From an uncultured delta proteobacterium (GTDB lineage Bacteria; Desulfobacterota; Binatia; HRBIN30; BPIQ01), in NCBI GenBank assembly GCA_963761335.1, contig CAVXGR010000018.1, forward strand, positions 672,001 through 736,000: DNA of 64,000 bases. The letters are read 5' to 3'. The notes below the pieces were generated by a model. It ran no database searches. It was not told where the DNA came from and saw only the letters and a program-made list of their open reading frames with translations. The position numbers and the translations under genes are program-made. Shown here in pieces: positions 49,076-59,426 of the stretch. How positions within the stretch are numbered: the first letter of the stretch is position 1; the number at the start of each line of letters is the position of its first letter.

Positions 49076-49915
49076 ATGGCGAAACGTTTCCGGGACAAGG
49101 GCGTGGTGATCACCGGCGCCTCGAGCGGCATCGGCGCCGCGGCGGCGCGGCTGTTCGCCGCCGAGGGAGCAGCGGTGGCGTTGGCGGCGCGCAGCGCCGG
49201 GGCGCTCGAGAAGCTGGCGGAGGAGATCCGTGCCGCCGCCGGCCGCGCCGTGGCGGTGCCCACCGACGTCAGTGATCTGGCGGCGGCGGCGCGCCTTCTG
49301 GAGAGGAGCGAGGCCGAGCTCGGCGGCTTCGACGTGCTGGTGAACAACGCCGGGGCCAATCGGCGCGGGCCGATCGAGCGCTACACCGCCGCCGAGCTGG
49401 CGGGCGTGGTTCACGTGAACCTGGTGGCGCCGATCGCGCTGACGCGTCTGGCTCTGCCGTTCCTGCGCAAGCGCGGCGGCGGTGCGATCGTGAACGTCGC
49501 CTCGATCGCCGGTCGCATTCCGGTGGTTCACGAAGCCGTCTACTCGGCAACCAAGTTCGGGCTGCGCGCCTTCACCTTCGCCCTGCGCGAGGAGCTCGAG
49601 GGCTCGGGCATCAGCGTCTCGGCAGTCTCCCCCGGTCCAGTCGACACCGGCTTCATCATGGAGGAGCTCGAGGATGTCCCGGACATGGTGTTCGCGCAGC
49701 CGATGAGCACCGCCGAGGACGTGGCGCGTCTGGTTCTCGATTGCGCCGCCGATGGCGCCGCCGAGCGCGTCATCCCGCGCAGCACCGGCGTCCTGGCCAC
49801 GGTCGGCTACCTCTTTCCGGGGCTGCGCCGGCTGCTGCAGCCGTCGATGGAGCGCAAGGGCAAGCAGGTCAAGGAGAGATACCGCAGGCGCCAGAGCGGG
49901 GCGCGGGTGAGCTGA
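49076..49915 (+). CDS. Short-chain dehydrogenase/reductase
   Basis: TGASSGIG, NNAG, YSATK, SPGPVDT. Confidence 0.92.
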   Translation: MAKRFRDKGVVITGASSGIGAAAARLFAAEGAAVALAARSAGALEKLAEEIRAAAGRAVAVPTDVSDLAAAARLLERSEAELGGFDVLVNNAGANRRGPIERYTAAELAGVVHVNLVAPIALTRLALPFLRKRGGGAIVNVASIAGRIPVVHEAVYSATKFGLRAFTFALREELEGSGISVSAVSPGPVDTGFIMEELEDVPDMVFAQPMSTAEDVARLVLDCAADGAAERVIPRSTGVLATVGYLFPGLRRLLQPSMERKGKQVKERYRRRQSGARVS

Positions 49916-49916
49916 G

Positions 49917-51338
49917 TTGAAGCGGGCTCTCTTTGCGCTGCTCGCGGTGCTCGGGCTGGCCGCTCTGGGCTATGGCGTCTGGGTGGCGTCGAAGCCGCGT
50001 TCGGCGGCACCCCCCGCGGTCAGCACCGCAGGCCCGTCGCCGACTGTGGCGGAAGGGGCGAGCGGCATCACCGTCATTCGCGGCGGCACGCTGATCGACG
50101 GTACCGGAGGCCCGCCGCTGGCCAATGCCTTCATCCGCATCGACAACGGCCGCATTGCGAAGGTCGCTTCCGGGGGCGAGGTGCCGCCGGAAGCGACGGT
50201 GATCGACGCCAGCGGCAAGTACGTCATCCCCGGGCTCTCGGACATGCACAACCACCTGCGCAGCGGGACGTCCAGCGCCTGGCAGGAGCCCTCCGGGAAT
50301 CTGAAGTTCCTCTTCGCCTGGGGAATCACCGACGTCTTCGTGCCGGCGCTGACCACCGAGTTTCTCGACGAGCTGCACCGCCTGTCGGCCGACCCGGCGG
50401 CGCCGTATCCGCACTTCTTCTCGACCGGTCCGATCTTCACGGCGAATGCGCCGCCGTCCACCGAGGGAGGCGACTATGCGCCGCACAATGCGGAGGAGGC
50501 GCGCGCCGACGTGCGCGAGCTCAAGGCCGCCGGCGTCGACGGTGTGAAGCTCTTCCAGGACGACATGAGCTGGCTGCTCGAGCCGCCGTTGCCGGTGTTT
50601 CCGCCCGACGTGGTGAGCGCAATCGTCGACGAGGCCCACAAGCAGGGCCTGAAGGTGTACGTGCATGCCCCGATCTTGCGCTTCGCGCGCCAGACTCTGG
50701 AGGCCGGCGCCGACGTGCTCCTCCACGGCATCATCTCGGAGCCCATCGACGACGACTTCATCGCCCTGCTGAAGAAGAACCACGCCTGGTACGTGGCGAC
50801 CATGTCGCTCTTCGAAGATGCCGCCGATCCCGAGGCATGGGTGCGCCGCGAGCAGGCGTTCGACTCGCGCAAGGTGATTCCAAAGAGCGGCTACGCCGAG
50901 CTGCTGGCGCCGCAGAGCCTGCAGGAGTGGCAGGAGCACTGGAACCATTCGCAGTACACGCGCGAGCGGCTGTCGCTGTCGCGCCAGAACCTGAAGAAGG
51001 TCTTCGATGCGGGCGTGCCGGTGGCGGTGGGCACCGATACCGGTATCCGCGGCGTGATCATCGGCGTCTCCAGCCTCCTCGAGCTGACCCTGCACGTGGA
51101 GGCCGGGCTGACGCCGATGCAGGTGATCCAGCTCGCCACCCGCAACGGCGCCCGCATGGTGGGTCACGAAAAGGACTGGGGCACGATCGAGCCGGGGAAG
51201 CTGGCGGACATGTTGATTCTCGACGCCGATCCGCTCGCCGACATCGCCAACGTCCGCTCGCTATCCCGCATCGTCAAGGGCGGGGAGGTCTACGATCCGG
51301 AGCAGCTCTGGGTGTCGATGGGAGGGATGAACCGCTGA
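49917..51338 (+). CDS. Amidohydrolase family protein with N-terminal membrane anchor
   Basis: TLIDGTG, IPGLSDMHNH (HxH), VKL, VHA, LHG, VGTD, GTIEPGKLAD. Confidence 0.9.
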   Translation: MKRALFALLAVLGLAALGYGVWVASKPRSAAPPAVSTAGPSPTVAEGASGITVIRGGTLIDGTGGPPLANAFIRIDNGRIAKVASGGEVPPEATVIDASGKYVIPGLSDMHNHLRSGTSSAWQEPSGNLKFLFAWGITDVFVPALTTEFLDELHRLSADPAAPYPHFFSTGPIFTANAPPSTEGGDYAPHNAEEARADVRELKAAGVDGVKLFQDDMSWLLEPPLPVFPPDVVSAIVDEAHKQGLKVYVHAPILRFARQTLEAGADVLLHGIISEPIDDDFIALLKKNHAWYVATMSLFEDAADPEAWVRREQAFDSRKVIPKSGYAELLAPQSLQEWQEHWNHSQYTRERLSLSRQNLKKVFDAGVPVAVGTDTGIRGVIIGVSSLLELTLHVEAGLTPMQVIQLATRNGARMVGHEKDWGTIEPGKLADMLILDADPLADIANVRSLSRIVKGGEVYDPEQLWVSMGGMNR

Positions 51339-51356
51339 GCCCACCGAGCTACTGCC

Positions 51357-52505
51357 TCACCCCAGGCCGAGTCGCCGGGCGATGATCACTTTCATGATTT
51401 CGTTGCTGCCGGCGTAGATCGATTGCACGGCGGCATCGGCGTAGTCGGTGGCGATTGGGTACTCGTTCATGAACCCGTAGCCGCCGTGCAGCTGCACGCA
51501 CTCGCTGGTGAGGCGCTTCTGCAGGTCGGTGATCCACCACTTGGCCATGCTCACCTCCTTGACGATCTCATCGCCGCGGACGTGAGCGACCAGCAGCTTG
51601 TCGACGAAGGCCTGCCCGATCTCGACCTCGGTGGCCAACTCGGCGAGCTTGAACTGGGTGTTCTGAAAGGCCGCGATCGGCTGGCCGAAGGCGCGCCGCT
51701 CGCGGGTATAGGCGATGGTGTCCTCCAGGGCGCGACGACAGGAGACGATCGAGGCGGTGGCGATCGTCAGGCGCTCCTGCTGGAGCTTCTCCATCAGCAT
51801 CTTGAATCCCTGCCCCTCGGCGCCGAGGAGGTTGGCGGTGGGCACGATGCAGTCCTCGAAGGAGAGCTCACTGGTGTCCTGACCGCGGAGGCCGAGCTTG
51901 TCGAGCTTGCGCCCGCGCACGAATCCCGGGCTGTCCGCTTCGACGAGCAGCAGACTGATGCCTCGGTGCGCCGGCCTGGCGTCGGGGTCGGTCTTGGCGA
52001 CGACGATGAAGAGGTCGCCGATCTGCCCGTTCGAGATGAAGGTTTTGGAGCCGTTGAGGACGTAGTGATCGCCCTGGCGGATTGCCTTCGTCTGCACGTT
52101 GGCGAGATCCGAGCCCGTGCCCGGCTCGGTCATGGCGATCCCGAGGAGGATCTCGCCGGCGATGGCGCCCGGCAGGTAGCGGCGCTTCTGCTCCTCGCTG
52201 CCATAGGTGGTCAGATACGGCATGCAGATGTCCGCGTGCAGGGAGATCATCATGGCGTGGGCGCGAATCCAGGCCATCTCCTCCATGACCACAGCGTCGT
52301 AGAGAAAATCTCCACCGGCGCCGCCGTACTCCACGGGGGCGTTGGCGCCGAGGAAGCCGGCCTCGCCGGCGCGGCGCCAGGTGTCTCGGTCGCTGGTGCC
52401 GCGGGCGTTCCACTCCGCCACCTTGGGCGTGATCTCCTTCTCGGCGAAGCGCCGGAACTGCTCGCGAAAGAGCTCGTGCTCCTCGGTGAAGATGTCTCGT
52501 CGCAT
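51357..52505 (-). CDS. Acyl-CoA dehydrogenase (long-chain type)
   Basis: IAMTEPGTGSD, NGSKTFISNG, KLGLRGQDTSEL, QERL, QLHGGYG, IYAGSNEIMK. Confidence 0.95.
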   Translation of the reverse strand: MRRDIFTEEHELFREQFRRFAEKEITPKVAEWNARGTSDRDTWRRAGEAGFLGANAPVEYGGAGGDFLYDAVVMEEMAWIRAHAMMISLHADICMPYLTTYGSEEQKRRYLPGAIAGEILLGIAMTEPGTGSDLANVQTKAIRQGDHYVLNGSKTFISNGQIGDLFIVVAKTDPDARPAHRGISLLLVEADSPGFVRGRKLDKLGLRGQDTSELSFEDCIVPTANLLGAEGQGFKMLMEKLQQERLTIATASIVSCRRALEDTIAYTRERRAFGQPIAAFQNTQFKLAELATEVEIGQAFVDKLLVAHVRGDEIVKEVSMAKWWITDLQKRLTSECVQLHGGYGFMNEYPIATDYADAAVQSIYAGSNEIMKVIIARRLGLG

Positions 52506-52571
52506 GGGTCGAATTCTCCTCTGAGCTTTCCGCGGCCGCCGTCGCCGGCGGCGCGGCACTGATGCGGCGTC

Positions 52572-53288
52572 TCAGGCGAGCAGGTCGAGGATGTCCGGAA
52601 TGTGCCTGATCACGTGGTGCGGGCGCGGCTCGAGATCTGGGGGAGGGCGGTCGTCGCGATGCCAGAGGAGCACCGAACGCATGCCGGCGCGGTTGGCGCC
52701 GGCGACGTCCTGCCGGACGGTGTCGCCGACGAACAGCGCCTCCGCCGGCGCACAGCCGGCGCGGCGCAGCGCCTCGGCGAAGATGCCCGGGTCGGGCTTG
52801 CAGGACCCGGCCTCCTCGCTCGAGAGGATCGAGTCGAAATACTCCTGCAGGCCGGCCAGCTCTCCCAGATGCTCCAGCTGATCCTCGTCGATGTTGCTGA
52901 CGATGCCGAGGTGGAGCCCGCGCTCGCGGAGCGCGCGGAGCGTTTCCGGAACGCCTTCGCGCAGCCTGAAGTCGCGCGCGTGTCGCTCCCATTGCCGGCG
53001 CCGGTAGCCGAAGAGGGCTTTCTCATCGGCGCGACCACCGAGGGCCTCGAGCATGCCGGCGGCGGCGTCGCGAAAGAGATCGCGGTGCAGGTAGTAGTCG
53101 CGCGGCAGGTAGGCGCGGAAGACGGCGCGCATGGCGTCGCGGTAGGCGCGGGCGATCGCCAACGGCTCTGCCTCGATGCCGGCGGCCTGCACCAGATCGA
53201 GGAGGCTCTCACGCTCCGCGGTCTCCAGGCAGGCATAGTCGTAGAGGGTGCCGCCGAAGTCGAAGAGAACGGCGCGAATCGCGGACAT
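52572..53288 (-). CDS. HAD-superfamily hydrolase (subfamily IA)
   Basis: VLFDFGGTL, IVSN, KPDPGIF, FVGD...DVAGA. Confidence 0.9.
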   Translation of the reverse strand: MSAIRAVLFDFGGTLYDYACLETAERESLLDLVQAAGIEAEPLAIARAYRDAMRAVFRAYLPRDYYLHRDLFRDAAAGMLEALGGRADEKALFGYRRRQWERHARDFRLREGVPETLRALRERGLHLGIVSNIDEDQLEHLGELAGLQEYFDSILSSEEAGSCKPDPGIFAEALRRAGCAPAEALFVGDTVRQDVAGANRAGMRSVLLWHRDDRPPPDLEPRPHHVIRHIPDILDLLA

Positions 53289-53299
53289 CGGCGGGTGCC

Positions 53300-53782
53300 T
53301 CAATGGCCTCCGGCAAAGCGGCCGAAGGCGTCGATCACCTCCGCCGGCGCTTGCACCAGCTCGATGAGCACCCCCTCGCCGCCGATCGGGGTGGCCTCGT
53401 TGCCCTTCGGGTGAATGAAGCAGATGTCGAAGCCGGCGGCGCCCTTGCGAATGCCGCCCGGGGTGAAGCGCACGCCGCGGCTGCTGAGCCATTCCACGGC
53501 GGCGTGCAGATCGTCGATCCACAGGCCGATGTGGTTCAGTGCCGGGTCGTGCACCCGCGGCTTCTTGTCGGCGTCGATCGGCTGCATCAGATCGACCTCG
53601 ACCTTGAGCGGCCCGGCCCCGGCGACGACGATGTCCTCGTCGACGTTCTCGGATTCGCTGCGGAAGTTGCCGGCCGGCGCCAGGCCGAGAGTGTCGACCC
53701 ACAGGCGCCGCAACGCCCCCTTGTCGAGACCGCCGACGGCGATCTGCTGCACTCCCAGCACCCGGAAAGGTCGTTCGCTCAC
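53300..53782 (-). CDS. VOC family protein (methylmalonyl-CoA epimerase-like)
   Basis: [47 protein letters not shown]. Confidence 0.85.
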   Translation of the reverse strand: MSERPFRVLGVQQIAVGGLDKGALRRLWVDTLGLAPAGNFRSESENVDEDIVVAGAGPLKVEVDLMQPIDADKKPRVHDPALNHIGLWIDDLHAAVEWLSSRGVRFTPGGIRKGAAGFDICFIHPKGNEATPIGGEGVLIELVQAPAEVIDAFGRFAGGH

Positions 53783-53943
53783 GGACTCTTGCTCCTCTCG
53801 ATGGCCGCCAGCCTAGCGACAGCGGCGCGGTGAGACAAGGAGACTGCACGCAGGAGACTGCACGCGGGAAGGCGAGGCATTCGGGAGGGCGAGGTCACCG
53901 AGGAGCCTCATTCCTTATTTTCGCGTGCCGGCTCGCGGGCCGA

Positions 53944-53993
53944 GTAGAAGCGGCGTCTCGCCGCTTCGGAAAGCGCCGGGACGGCGCTTCTAC
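53944..53993. repeat. REP family A doublet
   Basis: GTAGAAGCGGCGTCTCGCCGCTTCGGAAAGCGCCGGGACGGCGCTTCTAC. Confidence 0.85.
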
Positions 53994-54084
53994 TTTGGTT
54001 TTACCATCAGGGTGCCGAGAGGGTGAGGCAAGGGGACAATGTGGCATTGGAGCTGACCAAGCTGGCGCCACTCGCAGAACAAAC

Positions 54085-54123
54085 GGAAAACGACGGGATG
54101 AGAACCGGGAATGAGAACGAGAA
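54085..54123. repeat. GAGAAC-family arm (single)
   Basis: GGAAAACGACGGGATGAGAACCGGGAATGAGAAC, identical to 55717-55750. Confidence 0.8.
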
Positions 54124-54157
54124 TCAGGCTCCTCGGTGGCCTCGCCCTTCCAAGCCC

Positions 54158-55498
54158 CTACAGCCATCTGCCGCTCTCGTAGCGGCGATCCTCGGCGTGC
54201 AGGTATCCGAGGATGGCCTTGCTGACGGCGTAGCGGAGCGGCTCGGGGGGCCAGGGGACGACGCGGCGGTTGACGAACCAGACGTCGGTCAGGTCGGTGG
54301 TTCGCTCGAGGATGAGATCGGCGATGGTCTGGCCGTTCAGATGGGTCAGGGAGACGCCGTGGCCGACGCAACCGACGCTGTACACCGCCCGCTTGTCGCC
54401 GATGAAGCCGATCGCCGGCACCATTTGCGTGGTGACCGAGACGGGACCGCCCCAGCGATGCGTGAAGCGAACCCCGGCGAGAGTGGGGAAGAGCTGCACC
54501 ACGTCGCGCTCCAGATCGGCGAAGACGCGGTCGTTGCGATCCCGATTCATGTCCCGGCCATAGGCGAGGGTGACGTCGCTGCCGCCCATGGCCAGGCGGT
54601 TGTCCGCGGTCAGGCGGAAGTAGTGCACCAGGTTGCGGGCGTCCTCGATCCCCTGGCGGTTCTTCCAGCCGATCGAATCGAGCTGCGCCGCCGTCAGTGG
54701 CTCGGTGACCACCATGTGCGTGAACACGGGGGCCTGCTTGAGCCAGAGCTCGGGGATCAGGTGGGAGTAGGCGTTGGTGGCGAGCACGATCTTGTCGGCG
54801 GTGAGGCGGCCTTCGGGGGTGGTGAGGGTGAAGGGGCGGCCGCGGTTGATCTGCACGACGGGCGTGCCCTCGTACACCATCGCCCCCGCCTCCTGCGCCA
54901 CTCGCTTCAGCTCGCGCACGTGCTTGGCGGGATTGATCAGCCCGCAGCGCGGCTCCCACCAGGCGCCGAGAAACATCGGCGAGTCGACCTCGGCGCGCAC
55001 GGCGGCGGCGTCGAGCCACTCGATGCCGCTGATCCCCATGTCGGTGAGCAGATCCATGGCGTGTTGGATACGGATGGCGTACTGGGGCGTGGTGGCGACG
55101 CGCAGAAAGCCGGGGAACCAGTAATCGGACTGCATCTGGTGCTCGCGGACCATGGCGTCGACGAGGTCGACCGAGCGTTCCATGTAGCGGTGCGCGTCGA
55201 CGGTGCGCTGCTTGCCGAAGAGCAGCTTGGTGACCGCCGGCTCGAAGCCGAAGAGGGTCATGGAGAAGCCGCCGTTGCGGCCGCTGGCGCCGTAGCCGAC
55301 GACCTCCGCCTCGAGCACGGCGACGCTCATGCCGGCGTCGGCGCGCCGCAGATGATAGGCCGTCGACAGCCCGGTGAAGCCGGCGCCGACGATGGCGACA
55401 TCGACCTTGAAGTCGCCTCGCAGGGTGGCGTTGGCCATGTAGGGCCCGTAGGTCGATAGCCAGAAGGACTTGTCACTGTGGTCTTTCAGCCGTGCCAT
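54158..55498 (-). CDS. FAD-dependent oxidoreductase (DAO family, PuuB/gamma-glutamylputrescine oxidase-like)
   Basis: [50 protein letters not shown]. Confidence 0.88.
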   Translation of the reverse strand: MARLKDHSDKSFWLSTYGPYMANATLRGDFKVDVAIVGAGFTGLSTAYHLRRADAGMSVAVLEAEVVGYGASGRNGGFSMTLFGFEPAVTKLLFGKQRTVDAHRYMERSVDLVDAMVREHQMQSDYWFPGFLRVATTPQYAIRIQHAMDLLTDMGISGIEWLDAAAVRAEVDSPMFLGAWWEPRCGLINPAKHVRELKRVAQEAGAMVYEGTPVVQINRGRPFTLTTPEGRLTADKIVLATNAYSHLIPELWLKQAPVFTHMVVTEPLTAAQLDSIGWKNRQGIEDARNLVHYFRLTADNRLAMGGSDVTLAYGRDMNRDRNDRVFADLERDVVQLFPTLAGVRFTHRWGGPVSVTTQMVPAIGFIGDKRAVYSVGCVGHGVSLTHLNGQTIADLILERTTDLTDVWFVNRRVVPWPPEPLRYAVSKAILGYLHAEDRRYESGRWL

Positions 55499-55619
55499 CG
55501 CATCCCTCCGTCATGTGCCGGGAGGACTCTATCACTTTGCCATCCTCGCGAAAGGCGGGGCGGAAGATGACACTGGGCGAGCCCAACGGGGAACGTCCAT
55601 CTCTATCTTCTCGTTCCCG

Positions 55620-55750
55620 GTTCTCATTCCCGGTTCTCATCCCGTCGTTTTCCATTCGCTCTGACAGCCGCGAGTAACCCGCGGCTGGCGGGATTTCACG
55701 CCGCTGGCAGAACAATGGAAAACGACGGGATGAGAACCGGGAATGAGAAC
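55620..55750. repeat. GAGAAC-family element: perfect 37-bp inverted repeat with a structured spacer
   Basis: 55620-55656 is the exact reverse complement of 55714-55750; internal CAGCCGCG..CGCGGCTG hairpin. Confidence 0.85.
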
Positions 55751-55773
55751 GGAGAACGTGGGGAGAGCCGAGC

Positions 55774-58700
55774 TCAGTGGATTGGCGGCGGTGCCGACGA
55801 GGCGATCTGCTCGACGCGCGCCGGCGAATCGTCGCTCGGCTCCTTGCTCGGCGGCACGCGCAGGCGCGTGTTGATCGCCGGCGCCGAGAGCTTCAGCACC
55901 GCCAGCGCCAGGGCGCTGGTGAAGTGGTACTTGTCGGCCTCGCGCCCGGGAACGATGGCGGTCACCACGCCGAAGTAGCGGTCGCCGATGTAGAAGACGA
56001 AGGTGGCCGTGCGGTTGATGGCGTGCGAGGAGATGACACCGCCCCAGCGGTTGAACTTCGAGTAGCGGTTGTCCCCCGAGCCCGTCTTGCCGCCGACCAC
56101 GACGGGCTTGCCGTCCGGGCCGACGAAGGCGTCGTACACGCGGCGCCCCGTGCCTGCGGCGACCACGCGGGTGAGAGCGGCGCGCAGCGTTTCCGCCACC
56201 TCCGGCTCCATCACCCGCTCGCCGCGATGGGGCTCCGGGGTGAACACGGTCTCGTACGGAGTTCCCTTGGCGAAGTGGAGCTGGGTCATGCGCACCTCCG
56301 GGCGCCGCAGGCCGCCGTTGACGATGATGCCCATCAATTCGGCGAGCGCCGCCGGCCGATCCGAGGAGCTGCCGATCGCCGTGGCGTACGAGGCCAGCAG
56401 GTGCCGGAACGGAAAGCCGAGGCGCTGCCAGTACGGCGTCATGCGGGCGAAGGCGTCCTTCTCGATCTGGATGCGGAGGCGGGTATTTTGCGAGCTGCGG
56501 TTGCGCGTCTTCATCAGCCAGCGCCCCACCACTTGCCGCGCCGGGTCGGCGCGCGCCACCAGCTCCTCGAAGTCGAGATGCGGGTGCTGTATCAGCTCGC
56601 CCGCGGCCCAGAGCTCCACCGGATGCCGCGACAGCAGGTATCCCCAGTCGGCGAGAGTCAGGCGCGGGTTGTCGTAGGCGTGCCAGAGCTTCACGACCTC
56701 CTCGTTGGTGAGGTCGTCGAAGCGCGAGTGCAGGTAGCGGCCGAGGTCGGCGATGGTCGCCCCGCGATGCCAGGCCAGATAAAGGATGGCGCGGTGGCGC
56801 GGGGAGGTCGCCTTCGAGCGCAGCAGGCGATCCGCGATCTCCTCGGGCTGCAGGCCGGCGTAGCGGCGATAGGAGCGCCACAGGTGCAGCCGCGTCTCGC
56901 TCTCGGCCATTTCCTCGAGCATCTGGCGCCGCATCGGGCTATCGAAGTCGGTGAGGACCTCCTTGACGTCGTAGGGAAGCCGCGCCTCGTGATAGCGAAC
57001 CAGATCGCGCATCAGGCGGATGAACACCAGATTCACCGAGTTCTGCAGCGCCACCTTCAGGGAGAGGATGCGGCCGTTGTCGATGGGATCGAAGTTCTCG
57101 AAGCTGTGCAGCCCGCCGCCGGTGAAGAACTGCTCGTAGGGGCTGGCGGAGTAGCGGCGTTCCATGGCCTCGTCCAGCAGCGCCGAGAGCTCGATCGCGG
57201 GGCTCTGACTCAGCTGGGTCGCCACCCAACGGGTGATCGGATCGCGCGCGTCCCCGAGGCGCTGCCGCAGGGCGGCGGCATTCAATGGCAACATCTCCCG
57301 ATAGAGCATGGCGATGATCTCGAGATAGTGCGCCAGGGTGCGCAGCTTGGCGGTGCTGCCGAGCTCCAGCTTCACCCCTTCGTTCATGTCGAAGGGGCGG
57401 TCGAGGTTGTCGGCCTGAATGCGCAGCACGTTCCCCTCGGGAGCGCGCTCGAAGAGCAGCACGCTGTAGATCACGTCCTTTGGGTCGGAGCTCTGCAGCA
57501 GCCGCTCTCCGGTGAGACCGTTGGCCTTGATGAAGGAGGGCTCGGCGAGATTGCGCAGCAGCGCCGAGATCTTGCTCTGCAGCGACGCGTCGATGGTGCT
57601 GCGCACCTGCAGGTGCAGGTGGTCCAGCTCGTACAGACTGGGAACCCCGAGCCACTGCACGAGCGAGTTGCGGATGGCGTTCGGCGCCTTCTGGTCGACG
57701 AAAGACGTGGGCGGCGGCGCCGGCGACCGATCCAGAAAGACGATCGGGGTCGCGTGGAGGGCCTCGGCGAAGCTGGTGTCGATCACCCCGGCCTTGGCGA
57801 GCAGGTCGGTGTACTCGTCGACGCGGGCGTTGAGACCGTCGCGATCGGAGATCAGATAGGTCGCCGGACTGCGCAGCGAGGCCAGCAGCGCCAGGACGTG
57901 CTTGTAGGCGTGCACTTTGGCCGGCGTCATCTCCTGCGAGTTGAGCGCTTGGCGGACGGCGGAGAGCTCCAGCCCGAACCAGGCGTAGAGGCCGTTGCCG
58001 AGCCCGTACACCTCGCCGTAGCCGGGCGCTCCCGCAAGCGGCAGCGTGTTGAGGTAGTCGACCACGATCTCGTGTCGCCGCATGCGCGTGTCGGGCCCGT
58101 CGCGGTAGACCTTGAGACTGGCCGCGGCCATCTGCCGCAGCTTGTCGAGGCCGGACTTGGTTCGGCCGAGAGGCGAGTGCCGGTACTTCTCCAGCTGGGT
58201 CGCCAGCGTGCTGCCCCCCTCGAGAGAGAAGGGCAGGCCGAGCTTGCGCCCGGCGAAGGTCAGCGATGCCTTCGCCAGCCGATCCCACTCGATCACCGGG
58301 TTGGTGCGTGGGTCGGCGGGCGACAGCAGCTGCCGGTCTTCCATGAAGAGGAGGGTGTAGGTGAGCAGATAGGGAACGTCGTCGAACTGTTGGAAGAGGC
58401 GCTCGCTCTTTACGCCGTCGTAGAGGAGCGCCCCGTCGACGCCCCGAATGACGAGGCCAGTGGCCGACGGCTCGCGGTACGGCGGGGGAATGCCCGCCTC
58501 CAGCAGCGCCGCCAGCTGCCGCGACTGCCGCGTCTGCCGCTCGACCTGGAAGCCCAGGGCCGCGAGCCGCTTTTCGAAATCGGGAAGCTGCGAGTAGCCG
58601 CGGCGGTAGTCGAAGGGACCGTTCTCCGGAAAGACGATGCGCGGGCTCGGTCCGGAGCCGACCTCGTAGGTGAGATGGCGGGCGTACTCGGAGAGAAGGT

Positions 58701-58899
58701 ACGATTGAATGGCCGACGTATGCGCCTCATACGCGATCGCGCCACACGCCAGCAGGACGCCGGCGACGATGGCCACTCCGCTCAGGAAGCGGAGCAGGCG
58801 TGTGCCTCGGGAGCCGAGCGGGGAGGGAACAGCGGGCGCTTCGGGACTCGTCGGTTCGCTGGAAACGGCGGGTGTGGTCAACAAGGGCTTGGTTTGCAC
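55774..58899 (-). CDS. Large class A PBP-like protein (transglycosylase + transpeptidase)
   Basis: N-terminal TM; MEDR and GGSTLATQLEK (GT51-like); STAK (SxxK), SVN (SxN), KTG; start uncertain (GTG 58899 chosen). Confidence 0.8.
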   Translation of the reverse strand: MQTKPLLTTPAVSSEPTSPEAPAVPSPLGSRGTRLLRFLSGVAIVAGVLLACGAIAYEAHTSAIQSYLLSEYARHLTYEVGSGPSPRIVFPENGPFDYRRGYSQLPDFEKRLAALGFQVERQTRQSRQLAALLEAGIPPPYREPSATGLVIRGVDGALLYDGVKSERLFQQFDDVPYLLTYTLLFMEDRQLLSPADPRTNPVIEWDRLAKASLTFAGRKLGLPFSLEGGSTLATQLEKYRHSPLGRTKSGLDKLRQMAAASLKVYRDGPDTRMRRHEIVVDYLNTLPLAGAPGYGEVYGLGNGLYAWFGLELSAVRQALNSQEMTPAKVHAYKHVLALLASLRSPATYLISDRDGLNARVDEYTDLLAKAGVIDTSFAEALHATPIVFLDRSPAPPPTSFVDQKAPNAIRNSLVQWLGVPSLYELDHLHLQVRSTIDASLQSKISALLRNLAEPSFIKANGLTGERLLQSSDPKDVIYSVLLFERAPEGNVLRIQADNLDRPFDMNEGVKLELGSTAKLRTLAHYLEIIAMLYREMLPLNAAALRQRLGDARDPITRWVATQLSQSPAIELSALLDEAMERRYSASPYEQFFTGGGLHSFENFDPIDNGRILSLKVALQNSVNLVFIRLMRDLVRYHEARLPYDVKEVLTDFDSPMRRQMLEEMAESETRLHLWRSYRRYAGLQPEEIADRLLRSKATSPRHRAILYLAWHRGATIADLGRYLHSRFDDLTNEEVVKLWHAYDNPRLTLADWGYLLSRHPVELWAAGELIQHPHLDFEELVARADPARQVVGRWLMKTRNRSSQNTRLRIQIEKDAFARMTPYWQRLGFPFRHLLASYATAIGSSSDRPAALAELMGIIVNGGLRRPEVRMTQLHFAKGTPYETVFTPEPHRGERVMEPEVAETLRAALTRVVAAGTGRRVYDAFVGPDGKPVVVGGKTGSGDNRYSKFNRWGGVISSHAINRTATFVFYIGDRYFGVVTAIVPGREADKYHFTSALALAVLKLSAPAINTRLRVPPSKEPSDDSPARVEQIASSAPPPIH

Positions 58900-59145
58900 G
58901 TCGCGATCATTCGACCCAGAAGAAGCGGCACGCGCACTCGGCCACAATAGCCTCTCCGAGGCGAGTGGTCGAGTGGAGGAATGCCCGCAGGGCAGCCCTC
59001 TCGAAGAAAATTGCCAGGCGGCGACTCGGTCGGCGGCGACGCCGGTGCCTGACCGCCTCGCTCTTGGCCGGGAAGAACCCGGTACCTCCGCATCCCCACC
59101 TCCTCGTGCGGCGCCCCATAGCACAGCCGGCGGGAAAGAAAAGGG

Positions 59146-59225
59146 GTTGTTGGTTGCTACGTTGTTAGGTTGTTAGGTCAGCTCACCCCTTCTTACCAAC
59201 AACCAACAACGTAACAACCCAACGA
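59146..59225. repeat. Inverted short-unit arrays (GTTGTTAG / CAACAAC type)
   Basis: GTTGTTGGTTGCTACGTTGTTAGGTTGTTAGG facing ACCAACAACCAACAACGTAACAACCCAAC. Confidence 0.6.
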
Positions 59226-59426
59226 CCTTCGGCGGCGGCACCGTGGGCTCGATTCGTCGGGCAAAGCCAGTTGTGACCCCCCCGGGCTGCGAATCGCGGA
59301 GATCGCCAGCGTATTTTGGCACCGCCGCCACCGGCTTGTCGCCCTGCGACACTTGGCGGGTTTACATGGCGCTGCCCCCCTTTGGCCTTCCCGTGCCACC
59401 GTTGCTTTTGGGAGGTGGAATGGTAG

